In this document: in pieces, positions 13,545 through 25,830 of the stretch
How the letters are laid out: every line of letters begins with the position of its first letter
How positions within the stretch are numbered: position 1 is the first letter of the stretch
Source: Thalia democratica
Taxonomy: Eukaryota
NCBI GenBank assembly: GCA_965202585.1
Contig: OZ241826.1
Location: forward strand, 80,042,001-80,106,000
Reading direction: 5' to 3'
Length of the DNA stretch: 64,000 nucleotides
Position numbers and translations under genes: made by a program
The notes under the pieces: model-generated
The model's input: only the letters and a program-made list of their open reading frames with translations
What the model was told of the DNA's origin: nothing
Databases searched by the model: none

Positions 13545-14329
13545 ATTTAGAATATTTTTGTTTTAATTAAAAGTTTTAGTTTTTACTGGATACCTGTATA
13601 ATACCTGTATAATGTATACCTGTTTTATTTAAACTAAAAGTGTATTTTGTCATTTAATACTTGTAAGTGATTAGTAAATGTTTGTAATTTAAAAAAGTAT
13701 ACTTCGCAAGATAAACTTTTTTTCTTAATAATAGATTTTAAAGCTTCCTAAAAACCAATCTGTTTAAAATTAAACGTTTTAACAATCTTTATTATGATTC
13801 TCAGTTTTATGCTGCTGTTATCAGAAACAAAAGTACTAATGACTAACTTACATATAAGTATTAATTACCAAGAAATTAAATTAATATAAAGTAGCTATTG
13901 TTTTAAATTTACCTAGTGTAATTCATAAAAAATAGTAGTTTTTAAAATATAATAAATAAAAATAATTTTAAAACTATGTTAAAAAAAAATTGAAAATTTT
14001 AATTAATTAATAACAAAATTAATAACCAAAGATATTTCTTTTCAATGTATTATTCTTAACACCTTAAACCTAAACAACAACTTATTCAAGTTTTTGAAAT
14101 TTTGAACACTACACTTTCGCGCTTATTGATTATCTAAAAAGGATATATAAGAAGTTATACAGTAAAAAGGGTTTTACATTTTTGATTTATCAAAAAAAAA
14201 AGCACTGTAAATGTTTAATTAAAGTTAATTAAGCTTCTGGTACCCAAGACATTTTTAAAAACAATATCTAGTCGCATCCAAACACTTTTAAAACAGAAAA
14301 AAATCTTTGGAGAATTAATAATAAATAAG

Positions 14330-14960
14330 ACAATCTCGCTCCTCTTAGCATCTCGTTACCACGGCAACCGACTACGACCGTGGCGACGACCGATGAGGAA
14401 GACAGATTGCGAGATTATGTCGCGGTGACGGACCTCGGCGAAACGAGGCGAAATCGTGTTAGCAGAAGCGCGCTGTGTAAACAGCGAAAGCCTTGCGGCG
14501 CGTTATGCGAAATACCGCAATCACTTTTCATCGTTTGTGTTTGCGGTGAAACACGCAACGAAAAACACACCGAGCGAAAATCATTGCCCCTTTGCTTTTC
14601 AACAGCTTTTTCTTCTTTAAAACAAAAAAAAAAACAGCGACGGCCTCTAACGAGTTGACAATTAGCGAGAGAAGAAATTAGCGGCGCGTTGTGTGTGGTA
14701 GCTGAAAGCAAATTTGAAATCGCGTGTCTTGAGGCTAGCGGAAAAAGAAGCGAGGTGAAATTAGCGATGTCGGCGACAGATTTGCTTTTTTGTTCGGAAA
14801 CTGAAGTGAAGGCGACAGTTTTCGACATACCACTTGTCTGTCTCGTTTTTTTTGTTCGCTTCTCCAAGTAATTTCGACATGCTGATTGTTTGTTAAATGA
14901 TTTCTGATGGAATACCAGGTATGGAAAGTGAAAGAAATGCTTGACACTAGCTAACAAGAA
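14330..14960 (-). promoter_or_regulatory. Putative main promoter of copy A: CpG-rich island with RFX X-box
   Basis: GC/CpG-rich block ~0.8 kb upstream of the ATG, conserved in B (45700-46390); GTTACCACGGCAAC at 14355-14368 matches the X-box consensus GTNRCC-N0-3-RGYAAC. Confidence 0.6.
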
Positions 14961-16399
14961 CTTTATTGTTTGTTTAAAAAATTAAAGTTTTTATAAATAG
15001 ACTATTTAATATTGTATTAGGTAGAATTAAAACAGTTAAAAGTTAAGCAAAATAAGAATCTGTATATGAGCATTTTTAAAAGCTTTTACAAAGCGCAGAG
15101 AAAAAATAATTCACCAAAGAAATCCGTATGGCTTCTGCTAGCATGCAAGTGGCCATCGGAGACTATGACTTTATGTAAGCTAACTTCTAAACGCAAAACA
15201 AAGTTTCTATGCTGCCAGAAAAATGAGCTTTCTTTACGCCTGATAATTCGGCGCCTTTAATTAGCGGCATGTGAGAAGCTGACTTCACTTGGAAGCCATA
15301 AAGAGAAGCCTCGAGTTCAAATGATTCTTATAACTTGCCCTCACCTAATTTCGCTGCTTCTTATCTTTCTGAGATTATTACTTCGTTTCGTTCACTAGCA
15401 AGCTGCTGTCACTCGTGAAATTAAAGAAAAGGCAGCTAGCTGCTGAGATAATTTTGCTTTGCTCGACGGCACAGCGCTTTAAAAAGGGGTTGGTAGTTTT
15501 GAAGGGTGTCTAATAAAATCTCGCTGGTGTTCTGCATGTGTTGTGTAATTTCGTTGAGATTTTTGAAGAGCCCGCAGTTAAACAATCCTTTAAATATTTT
15601 TACGGCGTCGCTAAAAAAGGCAACTTTTTTCTTCCTTGATTTTTACGCATACTTTTGTTAATTCAGTCTAGTTGTTCGCTACTAAGTTTATTCGATGCAT
15701 AGTTAGTTTACAATCTTTGTTTGTCTACCAATGACTATTGCTTCACTCAAGTAATAGAATAAAAATGACAAAATGTTATAGAACTGTTAGTTCAGGCTTT
15801 CAAAACTATTCAAAACATTTAATTTATTAAACTTTTAGAATTAATTCTAAAAATATGTAAACGTAAAGGTGTCAATTAATTTTGTTGTTAATAAAATTAA
15901 ATTTTTTAAATTTATCAAAAAATTGTTTGCTACATAAAGTCTAGTTGTTTACTGTTATAGTATTATTTGCTTCTAACAGTTTAAAAAAAAAGCATTTATT
16001 TTGTAGATAAGAGTAGCTAGTATCTATATTTTGGATGTATGGATTATTAATAGCTTATTGTATAGTTTTAATCTAAAACAATTTTAGTATAAAAAACAAT
16101 TGTTTACAATCAATAAAAAAAACCTGTTTTAAATCAAATTATTTGTTAAGTTTTCGTTAAACTGATGTTGAAAAATATTCTAAAAGTTTCAAGTCTCGTT
16201 TTTTAAAGTAGTTACCAAAACTGTAAAAAAATATCAAATAACTTCAACTACTTATTTTAAGTTTTTGTTCATACCATCTTTAAAATAAAAAGTATAGTTG
16301 ATCGAATTAACTTTAAAAATCTAAACCTGAACTTTTAAAAAACAATATACATATAACAAAAGTAACTAAATAGTGTGTTTCAAATAAAAACTTTTCAAA

Positions 16400-16930
16400 C
16401 CAGCAAACAGCTTATTAACCACTTACGAAAACAGAATCTCGATATTCAAAACTTCGACAAGCTTCCAAAGCTGCCGTCTCGCTTTGCTTCTGCTACAAAA
16501 TAAAAAGCTTCTGCTCGTCGGCTTGCCGTCGAATGCACTTCTTTCCGCCGCTCGCCTCTCTCCGTGTCGCCGCTCAGCAAACTTTTAATCGCCGCCGCTG
16601 TTGCTCGAAAGTGAAAAAAGAGAGAGGAGACGAAGCATCAGATCACACACGACCCTTAAACAAAGCCGCCACCCCTCAAAATTTCGCCCGTGCGACTGAA
16701 AAGCTGCTGTCGGGCTACGAGGGGTCGTAATTGTGAGGGCATAGAAGGCAATAGCCTTGCTGTGCGGTTTGCGAGGAGAAAACACCGCGCTTGTGTTAGG
16801 AGAATGTGAGCTTATATTAGCTTCGTTGTTGTGCTTTCGGCCGACGTCGCTGGTTTTTGGTGAGTGATTTTTCTTGGTAAGTGGATATTTTATCGGTAAG
16901 CAAAAAAGTTTTCTGTAAAATTTTTAGTTT
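16400..16930 (+). promoter_or_regulatory. Conserved CpG-rich island upstream of the gene; possible divergent first exon
   Basis: High identity to 47820-48370; conserved plus-strand donor TTG|GTAAGT at 16877-16882 (B 48326-48331); no credible protein. Confidence 0.4.
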
Positions 16931-19900
16931 TTACAGTTTTTTAGTAATACAAATATCATCGAAAAAATAAATTGCTCAAATTGTTAACGAACAAGAAACA
17001 GCGTTTCGAAAAATTTCACTGCTTTCACCGTTCAGCCACCTGCTTGTGACGTCATAATTCTCACAGAGTTCTAACTTTTTTCGGTGAAAGTAACAACCAA
17101 TCTAGCGCTCGTGGAAAAACATCATAAATCAAACAGAAGGGATTTCGCGTTCAAATTTGTAAAATGTTTCCCATGGGAGAAGGATAAACCGCTAATTTGC
17201 AGTGCATTCAGTTACATGCTGATATGTAACTTGTTATTAGCGCTTTAAAGTATGCGAGTTTGAATATTATTTCGCAAAGTTCGGTGGTAATTAAACCGCG
17301 AGGTCGTTCGGTTAGTCGATAAATCGAACTGAAATTCGCGTTTAAATGAAGAATGTAATATATAGAGTAGCGGTTTATGAAGGCCATTGGGAAAATCGAG
17401 TTACGATTCCCTCACGGCCGTTCTGGTTAGTAAATGTTTTAAAGCGCGCTTCAGTTCCAAGATACTTCATTTTTGATATTTTATTAGCTGCTTGAAGCGG
17501 CTTGATTTTGCTGAAATTAAATTTTGCTTTTATTCGTTTTACATATTTTATAAAACTTGTATCTCGCAACTGAATCCTTTATTAGCAAAACTAAATTTTT
17601 GCAAATGTTTTGATGAGTAACTCATAAGTTGTGTTGTAGAGGTTATTTTATTAGCTTTTTCAAAATTTAAGTGATGGTACTGTGCTACATTGATAATTAA
17701 TAGGGATTTTTTATCAGGTTGATCTTACTGAAGTTGTTTAAGATTTCCAAGAAAATATATACTTGCAATAATGAAAAAAAAAAACTTTAGTTTTAGTATA
17801 GATAGTACAAGTTTTAGTTTTTGAGCCTTTAAAAGTGAGGTTGTTTTATAATTAATGTTTAGTAATAACTTTGTATAAAACAATAACAATTAGTAACAAA
17901 ATATGAAAAATACTTTTTTGCATAGCTATGAAAAGCATTACTTATTTGAAAAATATTTTAGCAAAGTAAAATCTTTTTGTAATGTTTTATAGTTATCGAG
18001 TTTAACAAACAAATAGTATTTATAGATTGAGTTTGTTTTGCCATATTACAGTGCATTTTAGATATAAAACTTTCTAAAGCAAACGTTTTTGATCGCTTGA
18101 ACTCAGTTTTACAGTTAGTAATTAAATTTTTCATTTCTTTATTTTAAACCGTGGAGGGCAGTTAAAATTAAACTTACTAAAATATCGCAAAACTTATCTA
18201 TTACCAATACAAAACATTTTGCTTAAAACTAGTGTATAAATTTTTATTTTCACTAAAACTACTACTACTATTGATAAACAGTATTTACACTAGTTGAACA
18301 GTTGAGATTTGACAAAAAATGTCTTTAAATTAATATAAATACAACATTAACCTATCTATAACAAAAAAATTTTCGAAGACTGTATGTCAAGTAAATTTGT
18401 TCATTGAAAAAAGAAACAATCAGACGAACTATATAAACTTTCATTCTACTAAGACTTCATTCATACTAATATAAATTAAATTATAGTTTGTAAATGTTTT
18501 GTTTACATTGTTTTTAATAATCTGATTTATTTTTAAAAGTTATTTTCATTTAAAGTTATCTACTTTAAATCAAAGCAAAGATAAAAAAGATAAACTTTAA
18601 CAATCAGACTTTTTTAAAAGTTTTTTTCCATTGAAACTTATCTACTTAAACTTTCAAGCAAAAACAAAAACTCCTTAATAAAGTTCCTGAAACATAAGAG
18701 ACAATTTTCTTTTTGTAGTAAGTTAGGTTATATTCGCATACAATAAAAAAATAGACCAATTTACACTGATTTTGTAACTGTAGTTTTATACTAGTAAATG
18801 GCAGAATGGAAACAAAAAACCTATTATTTTGTATTTTACTCCCCACATTTCAAATGCATCATTGATGTTCAGTTAAAACTCCCTACATTTGAAACATAAT
18901 AAACTATAATTTTTTTATCTGTAAGTTTAAACAAGATACACTGCACAAAACTAAAGTTTTTATGAACCTTATTTGGTGAAAAAGATATTTTTTTCGCGAA
19001 ACTAAGCTAGTATAGTTGTTTATGTTAATTTCTAGAGCACACTATGACATTAAAAAGCATCAGTCATTTTAATTTAATTTAAAGGAAACTTCACTAGACT
19101 ATTGTTTTTTAAGTTTTTAAAATAAATGTAAAAACATTATCTTGAAAATTTAATGCGCATTACTTATACATTTCTTAGAAAATAGTATTTTATTGAATTG
19201 TATAGCTAAGTTTGCAATAAAAATCTTTAACTATCAAACTTATCTTCAAAAAACGTTTTGCAAAAAACACCTTATTTCAAAAAGAAAATTTTATAAAAGA
19301 CTTACGTATTTAATATATTAATGATATAACATTTTGTTTTAATATTTAAATTTAAGTTTTAGTACAATTATTTTTATTTAGCTTAGTATGAATTCCATAC
19401 GTAAGCTAATCTTACATTTTGACTTAAATGCACACTAACTATTTTTTTACAAGAGTATCACTATATATTTAGTAAAGCAATCAGTAATACGTTTCCTAGT
19501 AGATTTAATGTATTTTACTCGATGACCTTTTATTTTATACGTAAGAATGGTATTATAATTAATTTAAACGATATTTGATTATTTACAAAAGTTTTGTTTA
19601 TATTACAAATTTTAGTATAATTATCGTGACTTAAATTTTATTTAGTGGACTTTTACAACTTGCTGAGATCGTCATTACAAGCATATCACACACAAAATTT
19701 GTAATAATAATGGTTTTTAATACTTTTTAATAATTTATAGTTTGTGTTTATCAATCATTGCTGAATTAGCGTAAGGGTAATAAATGTTTTAATGTTTTAT
19801 TTGTTTTTTGAACTATTGTATTCTCTTTTTCTTTAGTCAATTTTTATTTTCTTCGTACTTTTCAAAGTATTTAAACTTAATATTTTAATGACTAACAATG

Positions 19901-22529
19901 GTGAATTTTAAGATTAAAATACCTCATAGTCTAATAGTTTATTTAATAATCTTGTAGTTTTGTTTTTGTTGTTTAATTATTATTTTTAGTATATTTAATA
20001 AAAAGTAATGTCAAAATAAATGCCTTAGTTTTTTATAAACAGTTTGTTTATAAGTTCTTCTAAGTACTAGTATGAAAACTTAATAACATAATATCTATAC
20101 AGCATGTTAAAACTAAATAAAGTAAAAACTTGATTTTTATAATTGTTGTGTTAAGTTCAAGTACTAATAGTTTATATTACTGTAATCAATAACAAAATCA
20201 AAGTTAAATAAAATAATTTTTACAGTAAACTATGAACATTTTTACTAATTTCATATACTAAAGTTTATCCAGTTTAATAATAACTTGTGGTTAATATTTT
20301 ACGTTTATTTGTTAAACAATTATACATTTTACGTATTTTACGTAAATACTTTATTTTTCAAACGATTTTTTTCATTTAATGTGTCCTGCAAAGTGCTTTT
20401 GTTTTAGTAGATCTTGCCATTCCTCTAAAAATGCTGCCGACCTCTGACTTATGTAAAAGTTTATATTGATAGATCGGCTTTTAAAGTATTTTCATGAACA
20501 ATTTTGGTTCACATTTGTTATAAACTACCTACTGAACGCAAAATTTTAACACTTTAGTTTTAAAGGTAACGGTTTAGTTTTCATAGGTATAATTTACTTA
20601 TTATAAATAACAATCAACATGTTTTTGAAGAAAAAAAAACTAACAACACACACTTATCCAGCACCTGCTTATCAAGACCAGTAAGAAGGCAACGTCGTTG
20701 GCAAAGTGGCAATAAAAGCAAAAAAAGAAAAGCTTTTGTTGTCATCATTTTAGTACTGTTCAACCACATCTCATCTCTTTCATTCCCCGTTGACTTGTAA
20801 ATGCCCCTTATTACGCATGACAGCCCCTTTACAGATAAGAAGCAGCGACACGACACACAAGTTGCACTTCTTTTTCTCTCGTCAGCAGAAGACACACACA
20901 ACAGTGAATTAGAAAGGCGACAAAAGAAGCGGCTTCTGACGTCACAAACAAAAAATTCGTCGTTTAAGTTTTTTCTTTTTGTTCGAAACTCGCGTCCTCA
21001 TTAGTTGTATTTGCTCCGCTCGATACGAGATTGTTTTCGAGATTCCACCGTCGAGTAATTGGCTCAAACAACGTTTTTGTTTCGATGAGTTTCATTTATT
21101 GCATAATAATATTTATAGTTTATTTTATCATATAGCTTTTCTAAGTACTTCGATCGTAATTTTAAGTGCACTTTGTAAAGCATAAATATCCTGTAAACCG
21201 AACTTATTTTACATAACAGTTTCTACAATCAATCATCAGGCAATAAAAAAATAAAAATTTTTTTATATACTGAAATTATAACTTTTTTTATTCCATGTAA
21301 AACTATCATAGCACGCAATTTCAAATAAGAACGAGCTACGCCTGATAAAATTAATTTTATACAAACTGTTCAAACTACAATGTACGGTAATAATTAAGTT
21401 GCTATTGACAAAAATGTTTTAAGACTCTTTAGGATATGAAGTTATGTTTTACCACCAACAAAACAATTGTTTATTGTAAACAGTTATTGTTTTCCAGTTT
21501 TTAAAACAACTATTATTAAGAAAAACTTTATTACAAAATTGATATCTAAATTTTGGAAAACTCAAAGATTAAACACCAAAAATCAATTTAAGTTATAAAA
21601 AATTTACAGGTAGATAAACTTAGTTATGATGAAACTATAAGGAGCTTACCTAATACTAATAAATATTATCTTTATAAAAATATTCTAACGTTTAGTAAAA
21701 TTGAAAGGTTTTAATTAAACTGTAGTCGTTTTAAAAGTGTAAATAAAACACAGATATTGAAAGTATACAAAAAAAATCAGAACTTTAAAGACCTAACACA
21801 AGTTTATCAGCTTAAGTTTCTTAGCGTAAACTAGTAAAGTTATAAAACTATGAAAAAAAAGTAGTTTGTTAAACTAAAAAAAACTTAACTCCTAAAATTT
21901 TGATATAAAAAAGTATTTAAAACTAATCTTTGAGTTTAGTTTTTAATTTATCTTTATAAAAAAGCAATATATTATTTTTATAACAGAATAAGATTATCCT
22001 AGCAATGAAACGTTCAACAAATAACGTTGAACTTCGAATATGTGATTAATGGGTGCACAATAAACTTAGTTTTAAACTTTCTCTAACTTTCCTTCTAACT
22101 AGGGTTCTTATGTTACTTAATTAGAGTCTTAAATTAGCAATGGAATTTTTGTGGTATTCATAAAAATCTATTAATGTTACTATACAAACTAAAAACCTAA
22201 GCAAAATATAAAATTTAATCAAAAAAAAAAAAAAACATCGACTAAGCATAACTTCAAAATACGTAACTGTTAAATTTTAATAAAAAGTTATTAATATTTT
22301 AATTAGTAAAATACAAACAGCTCTCAAAATTTTCCTAAAAAAATTAGAAGATCGAAATTTAAAAAGTTGAATTACTTTTTAATTAAAAGCTTATTCTTGC
22401 TTAATAAAATAATTCAGTTTAAGCAGGAGTTTTCTTTTAATAAACAGTTTAAGTTAACAGTTGTAAAAATACAATTTTAAATAAAGATTTTCTTAATCAA
22501 TCGTTATAATATATTTTCAAACAAAATTA

Positions 22530-25500
22530 ATACCTGCTTGTTCCGGCAACCCACTGCAACACTTCAATCTTTTATAAACTACGGAAGTGCTGACTAACCA
22601 ACCTTGTTGCTAAGCAACCATGCCACCTTTGTTGCTACGTGAGATGCGATCAGCGCTTATCTGCTTAATTTGATTACAGATATGCTCGTCTGTTGTTTAG
22701 TAACCATTGTCAGCGAAAAAGTTGTTTGAACAGAGACAGTTTTGTCAGTTTAGCTTGTATGCTGTGTAATTCCGCTTGTTACCAGACTTTTATGTTGTTT
22801 ATTAGTAACAACGTAGACATACTAAGTAGATCCTCCCTGTTTCTAACACAATTTGTTTTATGTTTTATGTTGACGGTTTAGTAGGTATAATAACAAATAA
22901 GCAGTTTGGTATCTGTAAAGCTAAAGTAATCTAGTTTGATTTGTTTTTCTATCTTGTTTACTGTTGTGTAACCAAAACTCTACTGTTTACACTTCACAAT
23001 ATTTATTTAAGTTTTAATTTATGATCTTAAAATGATGTCCTTAAGTACATATACATAAGCAAAAACTTAGAACCAAATTAATCGGGCATAAACTTAATTA
23101 AATGTTTTAAAACCTGTACGTTTTTTATTAGGAGTCAATTATTGCAATAAAAATTAATAACAACTTTCGAAAATGATTTAGATAATATTTAATATTTTAA
23201 AAGTACAATAAGTCAAGTATCTGTATAATTTGTTTTTTGGTAAAATATAGTTTTTTTTTTAATTTTCCACAGCAACTCAATCATGATCAGCTGGTTTCCA
23301 CGCAACGAAGGTTCACTTCCAATGTGACGTCATAAAAGTAAAATAAATTTAATCGACATATGCTTTGGTGGCCATCGTTAATATAAGCAATTAAGCGAGG
23401 GTCAATGCCCGTAACAACGAAAATTGATTTTTTTTAACGAATGAAATTTTTTTGAAAAGTTAACTTTCTACTAATTTATAACTTTTTCTTTTGTTTTATG
23501 AGCTGTTTTGTTAAATCTTAAAGTTTGTTAAATACTTACAAAATAATATTATAGTAACAAGTTTGTTTTTACACATCGGTGCCATAAAATTAATAGAAAC
23601 CAGAAAAAAAACTTTTAGTTAATTGTGTTTTTACTTATATAACTTGAAATTTTTACACTACACATTCTGAACCTGTCACTTCCGAATGCTTAAAACCCTT
23701 CAAAATTGTCACCCTGGTCGACAAAGTTGGAAAGAATGACTTTCGTTACCAGTGCGACGTGTCAACGTGTTTACGGTTCAAGTTTGCATATAAACCCACC
23801 TAACACCAAATTAAAAGAGCAAACGAATGTCACTTTCGTCCCTTTTGTGTTGCTTCTAAAAGATTTATGTGATTTTGAAAAGCAAAGGTTCGTAAAAAAA
23901 AACGAAGTTTTTGAAGTTGCTTCAAAAACGCATTTTTTTCAAGTGTCGAAAAAATTTGTTATAAATCTTTTGAACTATTAATTCTGCTCGTCTCATAGTT
24001 AAATATTTCTGTAAAACCTGCAATGTGTGCTTCATCAGCTACAAACCAGTTTAAAAAAGATCAACTTGCCGTAACTGCTAATCTTGAAGCTGAGGTAGAA
24101 AGCCAAAAACCGTGAAATGGTAATGACCTATCGTTAAAACCTTCTGCGTGGAGATAATTAGAGTAAAAAAAAAACCGATGTTGAGAACTCAGAAGGGATT
24201 TTGATTGACTATTTTAGAAGAGAAATAGCGAGAGGGCTTCTTGTTGTTTTGTTGTTGGCGGTTTTCAAACAAAAAGCTGCTTGCGATATTCGCACACAGG
24301 TCAATGCAGACGACTGCCAACATATTGATTTTAGAGTTGTGAAATTTTATCACATTAGTTGTCTATTTTTAAATTTGTCGTGTTTTAATGTCTGCTATAA
24401 TATTGTAGACTTAATTATAACTTCTGATGTAAATAGTAACGCGAAAAGAAGTAAAAACACTAGTTAAAAAATTATTAATTACCAATATTTAAAAATAGTT
24501 TGTTATAGGTTAAATTTAATTAAAGACAGTTAGCGAATATGAGCTTCACTGAAAAAAATAACATAATTTTTTAGTAGAAGCTAATTATGATTTCATTATT
24601 TTTGACACAGATCAGTTTTAGTTTTTAATTAAAGTTTATAAGTGTATGGTTGTTGTATGATTGTTTCATTATATATTTTATTATAAAAGCTGCCTTTAAT
24701 TAACATAAGAAAATAAAAGTTTCAAAAAACATAAGCTGTGAAATAGTTGCTGGTTGAAAGTAGTTATCGAGACAATCGAACGTTAACTTTATTCCTATGG
24801 TTCTAGTTAAGCAGCAAAACCTTTAAAGCTAAATATATCTAGTTTTTTTAAGGGATATAGACGTTAAAGTACTCAAGTTCAATGTATTCCTGTCGACTGA
24901 TTTAAGTCAGTAAGGAATGTACGAATAATTTGTTATTTAAGTTCTAGAATGTACTTATACAATAGATAAAATTACAAATGCATTTCATACATTTTATTGG
25001 TTTACAAAGCTCTCAGTTACTTTTTAGTTAGTAATGTTATTTAAAAATTACAAAAATGATAATTCTAGGGATATTTATAAAATTAGTAGTTGTAAAACAC
25101 CTTAGGTAAAATGAAAAAACTTAATTACTTTTCTGGTACAAAACTTTTTAAAAGGTTTTGATTAATAGTTTAAAATGTGTTTTCAAAGGGCGTACAACAA
25201 AATGTGGTTTTAGTAGCAAAAGGAAATTTAAAACATACTAAAAAAAACTTAACAACTATCGATATTCGCATTTCAAATATTTATCTGTAAGCAAAGCTCA
25301 GCCGTTAAGTTATTTTTTTTTAGAAAATGACAAAATTAGAAAGCCCGTTTCTAAAAGCAATAAAATATCACGACTGAATTGTTGTAAACACAAAAGACGA
25401 ATATAATCGACACGACATGCATTGTTTTAGTTTTGCAAACAACTTTAATGTTCGCCACACGCGTTTACATTTGCAAACTCTCGATTTTGCTCGAACAAGC

Positions 25501-25830
25501 AGAAGAACCAAAAATAAAACTGTCGAGAATGCTTACTGAAACTTATTTTTGTATCACAAAAGTCACAACTTTTATACGGCTGCTTTTTATTGACAATCTC
25601 CGTCGTTGGATATTTTCTGCAATTTATCGATTGACGAGAGCTTTCTCGTTTTGTCCAAGTTTCCTTTTAAACCTTCGGCCTGTCGTTTACTATCACGGCT
25701 TTTTTTTGCGAAGCTAATGCGAAGTCGAACAAATGGCTTGCGAGAGTAAAGGTTTTCCTTATCTAAATTTTCAGCAGCAGTAAAGTAAGAAGTGCGTTTT
25801 ATTGATTTAGACAACGAGTGACAAAAGTAG
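22530..25830 (+). pseudogene. Inverted non-coding relic of SAMD11-like intron 1 - exon 2 - intron 2 (B counterpart ~50650-53850)
   Basis: 22570-22640 is the reverse complement of the 12600-12690 RFX cluster; 23273-23332 is a plus-strand exon-2 copy with acceptor ccacAG and a 7-nt deletion; 24236-24328 is the reverse complement of 11114-11206; weaker match of ~25340 to ~10720. Confidence 0.75.

Noticed and set aside
13590-13625. Short tandem micro-duplications (tacctgtataa x2-3; also cgtttataatt x2 at ~54441-54463)
   Set aside because: Copy-specific slippage products with no sign of function.
14380-14957. ORFs over the promoter island (180 aa minus, 92 aa plus) and similar ORFs at 10068-10840, 16533-16785, 47975-48388, 53160-53724
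   Set aside because: Not frame-conserved between duplicate units, no recognisable domain, and a by-product of locally higher GC.
24201-24467. 88-aa ORF conserved in both units (51997-52263) with a signal-peptide-like stretch
   Set aside because: It starts at TTG, not ATG; the conservation is explained by the non-coding element, whose intronic homologue is not in such an ORF; distal differences are mostly non-synonymous.
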